From IMG/VR virus record IMGVR_UViG_3300026097_000001: a DNA stretch of 58,056 nt; one strand, given 5' to 3'. The translations under genes and the position numbers were made by a program. A model generated the notes under the pieces. That model saw only the letters and a program-made list of their open reading frames with translations, searched no databases and was not told where the DNA came from. This document shows positions 50,603-58,056 of the stretch, in pieces; within the stretch, counting starts at the first letter, position 1; each line of letters opens with the position of its first letter. The stretch comes from a virus (lineage: Duplodnaviria > Heunggongvirae > Uroviricota > Caudoviricetes).

Positions 50603-50857
50603 AAAATGACTACTGATAACCGCACCTCTTCTTCCTACCGCATGACAGTAGATATGGTCGATGGTCAGGTTGCTCCTAATGATCTTGGCGCGGTTCAAGA
50701 TCTCCGAGCTCTCGTTAAGAAACACAACTCACTTCCTGGTAGCAATAAAATGTATGTAAAACTACAAGGTCGTGGTCCTCGCCCCTCACGTCGCTATCAC
50801 CAGTCCTTGCCACTTGGCATGGCTACTTCTGCCGATGTATATGTATATGACCGCTAA
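50600..50857 (+). CDS. Hypothetical early protein
   Basis: 85 aa; VKLQGRGPR motif. Confidence 0.75.
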   Translation: MKMTTDNRTSSSYRMTVDMVDGQVAPNDLGAVQDLRALVKKHNSLPGSNKMYVKLQGRGPRPSRRYHQSLPLGMATSADVYVYDR

Positions 50858-50871
50858 TAAAGGATTTAAAT

Positions 50872-51180
50872 ATGAAATACGATGAAGGTAAACCAAAGAT
50901 CCACCTAGTACCACCTGAGGCTATCATTGAAGCTGCTCGGGTCTTTGGCTTTGGCGCAGAAAAGTATGGTGAAAACAATTGGCGGCAGGACATTGACAAC
51001 TTTCCTGTCTCTCGTCATTATTCATCTATTCAACGCCATCTCATGGCATATATGTCAGGTGAAGATGAAGACCCTGAGTCCGGTTTACCACACTTGTCAC
51101 ATGCTCTTACACAAATGATGATCCTCGTAATGACTACGATCGAAGGAGATCCATCTACCGATGATAGGTTCAAAAAATGA
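50872..51180 (+). CDS. dATP/dGTP diphosphohydrolase-like domain protein (DUF5664)
   Basis: KYDEGKP, FGAEKYGENNW, RH, DPESGLPHLSHA. Confidence 0.85.
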   Translation: MKYDEGKPKIHLVPPEAIIEAARVFGFGAEKYGENNWRQDIDNFPVSRHYSSIQRHLMAYMSGEDEDPESGLPHLSHALTQMMILVMTTIEGDPSTDDRFKK

Positions 51181-51662
51181 ATAGAGCTCAATCACAAAAA
51201 ATTCTTGGTGACATTGCCGAAACGGTTGTGTCTGACTATTTCACGATGCAAGGCGATACAGTTGAAATGTCGACAGATCCATACGACCAAGAAAAAGACA
51301 TGTTTATCAATGGAGTACGAACAGAAGTAAAGTTCGAGACTCTATACCATAAATTCAATTCTTTTTCCATACCTGTATATAATACGCGAAATGGCAAGAT
51401 TACAAGAAATCAACTCAACAAATGCGTGAATGTGGAACGACTTATCGTTGTCCAAAATCCTGGCAAAGATAGGGCGGTTACCCTATGGGAAGCTGCGCCG
51501 TTAGGAAAACGCGATTTTGAATTTATTGTAAATCAACACGATGGAAGGTTGGTTGCACTCTTTCCATTAGAAACGTTTACAAAAATTGTTGACATTCGCA
51601 GCGATAAGTTGTATAATGAGATTACAAAGTACAGCTTTTCTAATTATAAGGAATATGCATAA
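51177..51662 (+). CDS. Hypothetical protein, PD-(D/E)xK-like
   Basis: LGDIAE...EKDMFINGVRTEVK. Confidence 0.6.
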   Translation: MNRAQSQKILGDIAETVVSDYFTMQGDTVEMSTDPYDQEKDMFINGVRTEVKFETLYHKFNSFSIPVYNTRNGKITRNQLNKCVNVERLIVVQNPGKDRAVTLWEAAPLGKRDFEFIVNQHDGRLVALFPLETFTKIVDIRSDKLYNEITKYSFSNYKEYA

Positions 51663-52351
51663 TGCAAAACGTAAATGATATTCGTAACTATTTTATTGAA
51701 GAACTCAAGGCAGAACGTTTCACAACCGACAAGACAGGCCAGCAAACGATTGAAATGTTAGGTGCAAGCTTTATTGCCGACGAGCCTGCTATCTTTGGTA
51801 CTCCAAAGCAGGAATACATTGATGCTGAACTGGCTTGGTATAAGTCAGGCTCTACTAACATTAACGACATTCATGGTAAAGATAAAAAACCTCCAGCTGC
51901 GTGGGTATATTCAGCAGACGACAATGGAGAAATCAATTCCAACTATGGTCATTTGGTGTTTGCTGATAAGTACTTTAATCAATTTGATAAAGCTTTTAAT
52001 GAGCTTTGGTATAACCGAGACAGCCGTCGCTCACAAATGGTATATAACCGACCATCTATCTGGGTTGAGTTCAATGAAAATGGTAAATCAGATTTTATCT
52101 GTACCAACGCTCAGACATTCTATATTCGTGATGATAAACTCCACATGGTATCTCAAATGCGTTCAAACGACGTAGTCTTTGGTTACAAAAATGATTATGC
52201 TTGGGCCCAGTACCTAATGGATGAGTTTGTAAAGCTATGGAATGAACTTGCTGGTATTGATGGTAAACATGGCGAAATTGAAAAAGGTGATCTTACATGG
52301 CAGGTAATGAACTTGCACGTGTATAGCCGTCATTTTCACTTGGTACAATAA
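51662..52351 (+). CDS. 42: dCMP hydroxymethylase-like thymidylate synthase family protein (gp42-like)
   Basis: NSNYG, DFICT, MRSNDVVFGYKNDYAW with Asp at the cytosine-specificity position, NLHVY. Confidence 0.85.
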   Translation: MQNVNDIRNYFIEELKAERFTTDKTGQQTIEMLGASFIADEPAIFGTPKQEYIDAELAWYKSGSTNINDIHGKDKKPPAAWVYSADDNGEINSNYGHLVFADKYFNQFDKAFNELWYNRDSRRSQMVYNRPSIWVEFNENGKSDFICTNAQTFYIRDDKLHMVSQMRSNDVVFGYKNDYAWAQYLMDEFVKLWNELAGIDGKHGEIEKGDLTWQVMNLHVYSRHFHLVQ

Positions 52352-52352
52352 C

Positions 52353-52571
52353 ATGGATGAGATAGATGTAAAGGCTATACAGTTTTCTTCTGTAGAAGAA
52401 GCAATCAGCGGCGGCGGTTACAAAATTTATTCGCCACCTAAAGCATCATGGCAGTGTCAGCTTACGCCAGACCATGTATACCTTGTGGTAGAAGGTAATC
52501 AGCCAAATGCATTTCATAGATTTATGCAAAGAATTTGTTTTGGACTTAAATGGAGTAGAATAGATGATTAA
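52353..52571 (+). CDS. Hypothetical protein
   Basis: 72 aa; PNAFHRFMQRICFGLKW. Confidence 0.65.
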   Translation: MDEIDVKAIQFSSVEEAISGGGYKIYSPPKASWQCQLTPDHVYLVVEGNQPNAFHRFMQRICFGLKWSRIDD

Positions 52572-52764
52572 AAACTGGTCAATAGATAAAATTAAGCACG
52601 AAATCGACAAGATTGCGTTTGCGGAGTCGGATCCTCGCATGGATGGTTTTGTTACATTTGGGTGTAAACAAGAGTTGTATGAAGTTTTGTTCTACGCTCA
52701 ATCCAAACTCGATAAATGTTCCACATACGCAGGCGAAGAAGAATGGGTCAAGGAGAATAAATGA
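52564..52764 (+). CDS. Hypothetical protein
   Basis: 66 aa; DGFVTFGCKQELY. Confidence 0.7.
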   Translation: MIKNWSIDKIKHEIDKIAFAESDPRMDGFVTFGCKQELYEVLFYAQSKLDKCSTYAGEEEWVKENK

Positions 52765-53312
52765 CAAGCCCTGTTTTTGAAAAAGGTTACCCTGACTACG
52801 ACGCTGTAAATAGGCAGGAACCATATGAAGAATATATTCGGCTAAAAGATAGAGAGATAACTTCTAAAATGAAAAAGTGGGACAACCGTTTCATGGAAAT
52901 GGCCAAACTAATTGCATCTTGGAGTAAAGATCCTACGAGCCAAATTGGTGCTGTTGCAGTTAACGACGAGCATCGTATCTTGGCCACAGGTTATAACGGA
53001 TTTCCAAAAGGTATTGATGATACTCAAGAACGTTTAAATGACCGACCTGAAAAGTACCGATTAGTCATTCACGCGGAAATGAATGCTCTAATGAATGCTT
53101 TGTATTCTGGTGTAAGTCTCAACGGTGCTACAATGTATGTACATGGTTTGCCTGTATGTTCAGATTGTGCGAAATGCGTTATCCAAGCTGGCATCAAACG
53201 CGTTGTTATACCTACGTTTAAATCAGAAAAAGGTGATTGGCAAAAAATATGGGAAGAAAGAAGTGCTCCGATGTTTAAAGAAGCAAACGTTCAGGTGACG
53301 ATCCTTGGCTAA
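52761..53312 (+). CDS. cd: dCMP deaminase
   Basis: WSKDP...GA, TGYNG, HAEMNA, PVCSDC. Confidence 0.94.
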   Translation: MTSPVFEKGYPDYDAVNRQEPYEEYIRLKDREITSKMKKWDNRFMEMAKLIASWSKDPTSQIGAVAVNDEHRILATGYNGFPKGIDDTQERLNDRPEKYRLVIHAEMNALMNALYSGVSLNGATMYVHGLPVCSDCAKCVIQAGIKRVVIPTFKSEKGDWQKIWEERSAPMFKEANVQVTILG

Positions 53313-53973
53313 GAACTTAACAGATATATACGTTGGCGTAAAAAAGAACGATCCAAATCGTAAGAAGAACGACTTCTATCCGACCCCTCCTCTTGCTACC
53401 TACATACTATGCAAATATAATAGACCACCGCAGAACATTTTTGAACCCTGCGCAGGAAAGGGTAACATTTCTGTTGAACTTGCTCGAAATGGTCATAATG
53501 TTTTAAGCCATGACCTACACGAATACAAAGACTCTCTATGTAGCATAAATACATCACACGACGCTCTTGAGACTCCAAAGCAAGACTTTGCCGAAGGTGT
53601 AGTAACCAATCCACCGTATCATAAGGACCTGCCTCGTAAGTTGGCCGAAAAGTGGATTGATGAATACAGTTACACCGCAATGTTTCTTCGCTTAACGTTT
53701 CTTGAAGGAAAAAAGAGAAAAAAACTATTTACAAATAACCCACCAAGTGATATAATATTTCTATCAGATCGCGCTAAATTTGATTCTGGTCTAGTTGAAC
53801 CTGTCGAAAAGAAGGATCAAATAGGAGGGATGATTGCATATATGTGGATAATTTGGGATAAACGTTTTTCTGCGCAAACACGATATACAAAAATGCAGTG
53901 GGTTAATCTTGAAGATGAATACGATGCATGGAGAGGACAATATGATCAATGTAGTAATACCGGCGGCGGGTGA
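53305..53973 (+). CDS. Amino (N6A/N4C-type) methyltransferase-like protein
   Basis: NDFYPTP, FEPCAGKGNI, VTNPPY. Confidence 0.85.
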   Translation: MAKNLTDIYVGVKKNDPNRKKNDFYPTPPLATYILCKYNRPPQNIFEPCAGKGNISVELARNGHNVLSHDLHEYKDSLCSINTSHDALETPKQDFAEGVVTNPPYHKDLPRKLAEKWIDEYSYTAMFLRLTFLEGKKRKKLFTNNPPSDIIFLSDRAKFDSGLVEPVEKKDQIGGMIAYMWIIWDKRFSAQTRYTKMQWVNLEDEYDAWRGQYDQCSNTGGG

Positions 53974-55432
53974 AGCAACTCGCCTACGACCCTTAACATC
54001 AAACTGCTCAAAGGCGATGGTCCGTGTTCATGGCAAGCCTACGATCGAGTATATCATTGAGTCCATCTATAAGAATACTCCTGATGTAGCCGAGATCGTT
54101 ATCGTTGATGGAAAACATAACGACATCCGAGAATGGGCAGAAAAGAGTAAGTACGATAATATTCATTGTGTAAAACAGGGATCGTTGAACGGTCCCCGCG
54201 ATGCTATTCGAGTTGGCATCGATGAACTTGATGATTCAGATCTTCCACTCGTTGTATGGCTCGGAGACGCAATCATCCTTGATGAAAACCTTCCATTGGG
54301 TAAAGACTTTCTATTAGTAAAAGATGTAGAGGATCACTTTGCTTGGTGTATGTGGGATGGTAAGCAATACTACAACAAACCAAAGGAAACGATCGCAGAC
54401 GCGGTTGCTCTCGTAGGACTGTATAGTTTCAGTGACGGTACGATCGCAACTTCGGCCTTTCGAAATACTGATGACTACGATATCTCTGCTGCGCTCGACG
54501 CATACGGCTCTCAGTACAAGCGTATCTATACGAACGGGTGGTATGACATTGGCGACATCTCATCCTATCATAGAACATGTGCCGAGTTCCTTACCTTTAA
54601 AGCCCGTGAGTTCAACTCCTTTGAATATGATCCGGATCTCAATGTAGTTACTAAGAACCCAGATCCTAAGAACAAGTTTGCGGTTAAGACTGTTATGAAC
54701 GAGAAGTTGTGGTATGACTCACTCAACTCTCATCAAAAGATGATGGTACCAAAGATCCTTGAGAACAACTATGCACTGTCAATGTCATACGAGTCCGGCG
54801 TGCTACTGTCAGACCTGTTTATGCACGAGGATATTTCGAACAGTACGATTGACTACTTAATCGAAAAAGTAATAAACGTAATGCAGAAACACTTTCATAC
54901 CAGAGCGGATCTTCAATTCACTGCAGACTTTTATGTAAACGCCGAAGCAATGTGGATTGAAAAGACCGCCGAAAGGTTGCCTTCATACGGTTTCTCTCCA
55001 TATTATACAGAAGTAGCCCAAAGATGTTTGAAGAAGGCTCGACCCGTTGCAGCAATGCACGGTGATCTGCACTTTGGTAACATTCTATATAATCCATATA
55101 ACGATAGCATCACACTGTTAGATCCACGCGGTTCGTATGGAAATCATGTAGGATGTGGTGGCGACTACCTATACGATATGTGCAAGTTGTCTCACGATCT
55201 TTACCATGGATATAACGAACTAGTCACCGGGCATAAATATCCGAGTTACGTCAAAGAAAGTTTCTCAAAGATGGTAATGAAATACTATCCAGAAGAATAC
55301 GATGAGATCATTGACGGTGGTGCTCTACTTATTGCTACCTGCATTAAGCTGCACTACGATTGTGAACAAAGACAACAGAGAATGATAGGTTATGTGAATG
55401 AATACGCAACAAACAATAGTAATGGATCTTGA
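53942..55432 (+). CDS. Sugar nucleotidyltransferase fused to APH/choline-kinase-like domain
   Basis: IPAAGEATRLRPLT...K, WLGD, WYDIG; C-terminal HGDLHFGNI...LLDPRG; start set at ATG 53942. Confidence 0.85.
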   Translation: MINVVIPAAGEATRLRPLTSNCSKAMVRVHGKPTIEYIIESIYKNTPDVAEIVIVDGKHNDIREWAEKSKYDNIHCVKQGSLNGPRDAIRVGIDELDDSDLPLVVWLGDAIILDENLPLGKDFLLVKDVEDHFAWCMWDGKQYYNKPKETIADAVALVGLYSFSDGTIATSAFRNTDDYDISAALDAYGSQYKRIYTNGWYDIGDISSYHRTCAEFLTFKAREFNSFEYDPDLNVVTKNPDPKNKFAVKTVMNEKLWYDSLNSHQKMMVPKILENNYALSMSYESGVLLSDLFMHEDISNSTIDYLIEKVINVMQKHFHTRADLQFTADFYVNAEAMWIEKTAERLPSYGFSPYYTEVAQRCLKKARPVAAMHGDLHFGNILYNPYNDSITLLDPRGSYGNHVGCGGDYLYDMCKLSHDLYHGYNELVTGHKYPSYVKESFSKMVMKYYPEEYDEIIDGGALLIATCIKLHYDCEQRQQRMIGYVNEYATNNSNGS

Positions 55433-55760
55433 TGATACTATCTGCATTCCACTCCATGGAAGAAAGGATAGTTATGAAAAGTATAGTATGGCCAGTCCTA
55501 AGACTGAAATGATTAATAGCCTAAAGATCGCAAGAGAAAAGGGCTATCGGATCGTAATTCATACGGCTCGTAGAATGGTGACTCACGACGGCGATATAAA
55601 TAAAATTATCGATGATGTCGGAAAGATTACTACCGATTGGTTAGAAAAGTACGAGGTACCATACGACGAGATCGTATGGGGTAAACCATACGGCGTTTAT
55701 TATGTTGATGACAAAGCAATGCTTCCGCAGGATTTTGTCAAATTTATAGAATGGGGTTAA
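55398..55760 (+). CDS. HAD-family (capsule biosynthesis-type) phosphatase
   Basis: DLDDTIC, HTAR, GKPYG.YYVDDKA. Confidence 0.88.
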   Translation: MNTQQTIVMDLDDTICIPLHGRKDSYEKYSMASPKTEMINSLKIAREKGYRIVIHTARRMVTHDGDINKIIDDVGKITTDWLEKYEVPYDEIVWGKPYGVYYVDDKAMLPQDFVKFIEWG

Positions 55761-55761
55761 A

Positions 55762-57006
55762 ATGAAAAACATCGGCTTTGCAAAAGTAGGCAAATCTATT
55801 AAATTTAGAACAAACAAGTACTCTCCGATTGGCGGAGACAACGAAGCATCCTGCACTCTACGCGCTGTAGCGAACAACAATCCGGACAAAAATTTTTATA
55901 TCGTAGGTCGCTCTGACTACGCCACTCTATCTGATATTGAAAAGAACGAGTTGTTTCCATATGATAACGTGGTCGATGTATGGGAAGGCGTTGGGTTAGA
56001 GATCTCTGAGAAGTACTTCAACCATATCATTACCTACTTTAAAGAAAAGAACCTTACACTCGATTTTACGATTATGATGATTGGTCAAATGAGTAACGTG
56101 ACTATTCCAAATCGTATTCAAAAGGTAAGAGAGGGTAACGACGGAAAACCTGCCGCCACTCTCGACATGTCTAAGTGGTACACAACCCCGATTACTACTT
56201 GGCTGAATGAAGAAAAGCCACCTTACGTTGAGATCGTAAACGATCCGCGTTATACCATAAAGCAACCGCGTGACGTGTTCCATATGCCAATGAAATCTCT
56301 CGGCCAGTTTGATTATGAATATGAAACCTTTGCTATTCGTAACTATGAGGACCAGGAACGTATTACTCGTGTAGTTAAATCAGAGTATGCTGGTATGGAG
56401 ACTGCGTTCTGCGGGGACTATGAATACGGTGAACAGGTAAACATGGATCGTAACACCGACTTCATGGTTGTTCTCAACGAAGGTAAACCGTCTCGTTATA
56501 ATCTACTCAAGGAATGGGTATTGAATAAGTTTGACGACGTAGAAGTATATGGTAAATGGTCAGACGTGACTGGAGAGGACAGTCGTTTCAAAGGATCCCT
56601 TCATCTTAGTGAACTGCAGAACAAATTACAAGATGTAAAGTTTACCTTCATTATTCCGATTAAAGAAGGTTGGACCACATCAAAGTATATCGAAATGATC
56701 CACGCCGGCGTAATTCCTTTCCTTCATCCTTCATATGATACGCAAGGTCATCTACCTATTCCGATGTTTCTTCGTCCACAAACTCCATCTGAGTTCTATG
56801 AACGCATGCAGAGTCTTATTGATGATAAAGCGCGGTATGAAGAAGTACTCGCCAATCTGCGTAAAGCAGTTCTTAAACCAGAATACTACGATGGAACATT
56901 TATAAACAACAAGATCATGTCCTCAGTGGATCCGAATTATATTCAGCCGGATACGAGCAAGTATGAAAAGAAAACCGTATCAACACTTGAAGACTTTTTT
57001 GCATAG
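55762..57006 (+). CDS. Glycosyltransferase-like protein (GT-B), candidate DNA glycosyltransferase
   Basis: IGGDNE N-terminal motif; YGKW...TSKYIEMIHAGVIPF C-terminal GT-B-type motif; cluster context. Confidence 0.7.
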   Translation: MKNIGFAKVGKSIKFRTNKYSPIGGDNEASCTLRAVANNNPDKNFYIVGRSDYATLSDIEKNELFPYDNVVDVWEGVGLEISEKYFNHIITYFKEKNLTLDFTIMMIGQMSNVTIPNRIQKVREGNDGKPAATLDMSKWYTTPITTWLNEEKPPYVEIVNDPRYTIKQPRDVFHMPMKSLGQFDYEYETFAIRNYEDQERITRVVKSEYAGMETAFCGDYEYGEQVNMDRNTDFMVVLNEGKPSRYNLLKEWVLNKFDDVEVYGKWSDVTGEDSRFKGSLHLSELQNKLQDVKFTFIIPIKEGWTTSKYIEMIHAGVIPFLHPSYDTQGHLPIPMFLRPQTPSEFYERMQSLIDDKARYEEVLANLRKAVLKPEYYDGTFINNKIMSSVDPNYIQPDTSKYEKKTVSTLEDFFA

Positions 57007-57018
57007 GGAATAAGAATA

Positions 57019-58056
57019 ATGAGCAATATTACATGGGCATCACATATACCACTCATCGGCGGTCAAATGTTAGGAGCAGAAAAAGCTTTTGGTAAACCAC
57101 CAGAGGCAATCTATTCCTACGACGGGTTCCAAGCAAATGATAGCCACTATGTTAACTACCAGAATAACGTAAAGGGTCGTGGATTGGAATATCGGCTCCT
57201 AGACGAAGGTCCACCAATTCATAAGGTTGATGTTGTGTCGGGTACTCCACCCTGTGCTGCGTTGTCGCAATTGAACACCGGTAAGACCGAAGAAGCAAAA
57301 GGCGCAGGATGCGCAAAGAACGAATGGATGTACAAAGTATTTGAGGACGGTTTTGATCTATTCGGTGCAAAGGCAGTCGTAGTCGAGAACGCTCCTGCCC
57401 TCTATACAAATAAAGGTCGTGAAGTTGCAAACAATTTGTTTGACATTTGCAACAAAAGAGGTTATAGTTTAACTCTATACAAAACTTCTACCAAGTATCA
57501 CGGTATTCCTCAAGCTCGCGATCGTACCTTTGCGATCGGTTGGAAATCAGAAAAGGCTCCAATCATGTCCTGGTACAAACGAGATCGTAAGAACTTTAGG
57601 GACTATGTAACTGAAGTTGATGAAAAGCAACTACAGCAGGATCTAATTATTAACCAAAAGCTCGATGATGAACCATACTTTCAGTTCCTCAAATCGAGAA
57701 CAAACGAGAACCCAAGGGATATTCTAATTCGTAATCAAAATATTACAGCCTTTACATATATCCAACGCCAAGGATTGCTCGAAGAAGCAAACAAGTGGTT
57801 TAAAGAAGTTGGTCACGAACGTGGAGTTAAGGTATCGGATCACGCGATTAAAAAGTACGCAATGGGTAAAGGTGTATGGGACAGTTCTACTCACGTGTTT
57901 GATGAATGTATGAATGCTGTAATTGGTAGAAATCTTGCCGATACTATTCATCCTATCCACGATCGTTCATTAACTATTCGTGAGGCATTACATATGATGG
58001 GATTCCCTGACGACTTTGAACTCGTCGGTGGTCTCGCAAAAATGAACCATATTGCG
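57019..58056 (+). CDS. C5-cytosine methyltransferase-like protein, partial
   Basis: Not in track (runs off end); GTPPC, VVENAP, GIPQARDRTF, LTIREALHMMGFP. Confidence 0.82.
   Translation, partial: MSNITWASHIPLIGGQMLGAEKAFGKPPEAIYSYDGFQANDSHYVNYQNNVKGRGLEYRLLDEGPPIHKVDVVSGTPPCAALSQLNTGKTEEAKGAGCAKNEWMYKVFEDGFDLFGAKAVVVENAPALYTNKGREVANNLFDICNKRGYSLTLYKTSTKYHGIPQARDRTFAIGWKSEKAPIMSWYKRDRKNFRDYVTEVDEKQLQQDLIINQKLDDEPYFQFLKSRTNENPRDILIRNQNITAFTYIQRQGLLEEANKWFKEVGHERGVKVSDHAIKKYAMGKGVWDSSTHVFDECMNAVIGRNLADTIHPIHDRSLTIREALHMMGFPDDFELVGGLAKMNHIA

Noticed and set aside
51662-52351. Ordinary thymidylate synthase (thyA/td)
   Set aside because: Has Asp rather than Asn at the specificity position, lacks the folate-TS PFN motif, and sits with glycosylation genes.
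955-57960. Numerous antisense or alternate-frame ORFs inside well-identified genes (e.g. 4736..5197, 8718..9125, 14691..15149, 32145..32933, 37532..37954, 44110..44496, 46277..46681)
   Set aside because: Fully overlap conserved genes and show no recognisable motifs or RBS; expected shadow ORFs.
1-58056. CRISPR array or integrase/IS element
   Set aside because: No regularly spaced repeat-spacer units and no transposase or integrase motifs were seen; the repeats found are promoters, tRNAs and ncRNA copies.

Overview
A 58-kb segment of a T4-like (Tevenvirinae-type core) myovirus genome. The host is most likely a marine alphaproteobacterium, probably Rhodobacterales/Roseobacter group; this is inferred from a permuted two-piece tmRNA with tag ANANRAPAMAIAA, a tRNA-His lacking G-1 with A73, and alphaproteobacterial-type porin and PstS. 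Minus strand (1-37.1 kb): putative virion proteins, gp41, UvsX, gp32, gp59, gp33, a heme oxygenase plus bilin reductase pair, a late operon of secreted/membrane proteins, porin, tmRNA, KdsA, Dps, topoisomerase II (gp39/gp52), TilS, and a 9-kb array of 25 tRNAs covering all 20 amino acids interleaved with many unexplained structured RNAs and a homing endonuclease. Plus strand (37.2-58 kb): gp3, UvsY, UvsW, gp55, gp47, gp46, a split gp43 with a homing endonuclease in the gap, PstS, and a cytosine hypermodification cluster. The most striking unannotated feature is at the head of the tRNA array: late promoter, then a 36-codon ORF containing all 20 amino acids, then an antiterminator/terminator pair. 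It looks like a ribosome-stalling attenuator that senses shortage of almost any charged tRNA. Other candidates are an ~800-nt GOLLD-like RNA, a duplicated ~125-nt RNA with compensatory changes, and a family of RNA modules closed by the same helix. All assignments are from reading the sequence; no database searches or folding programs were run.
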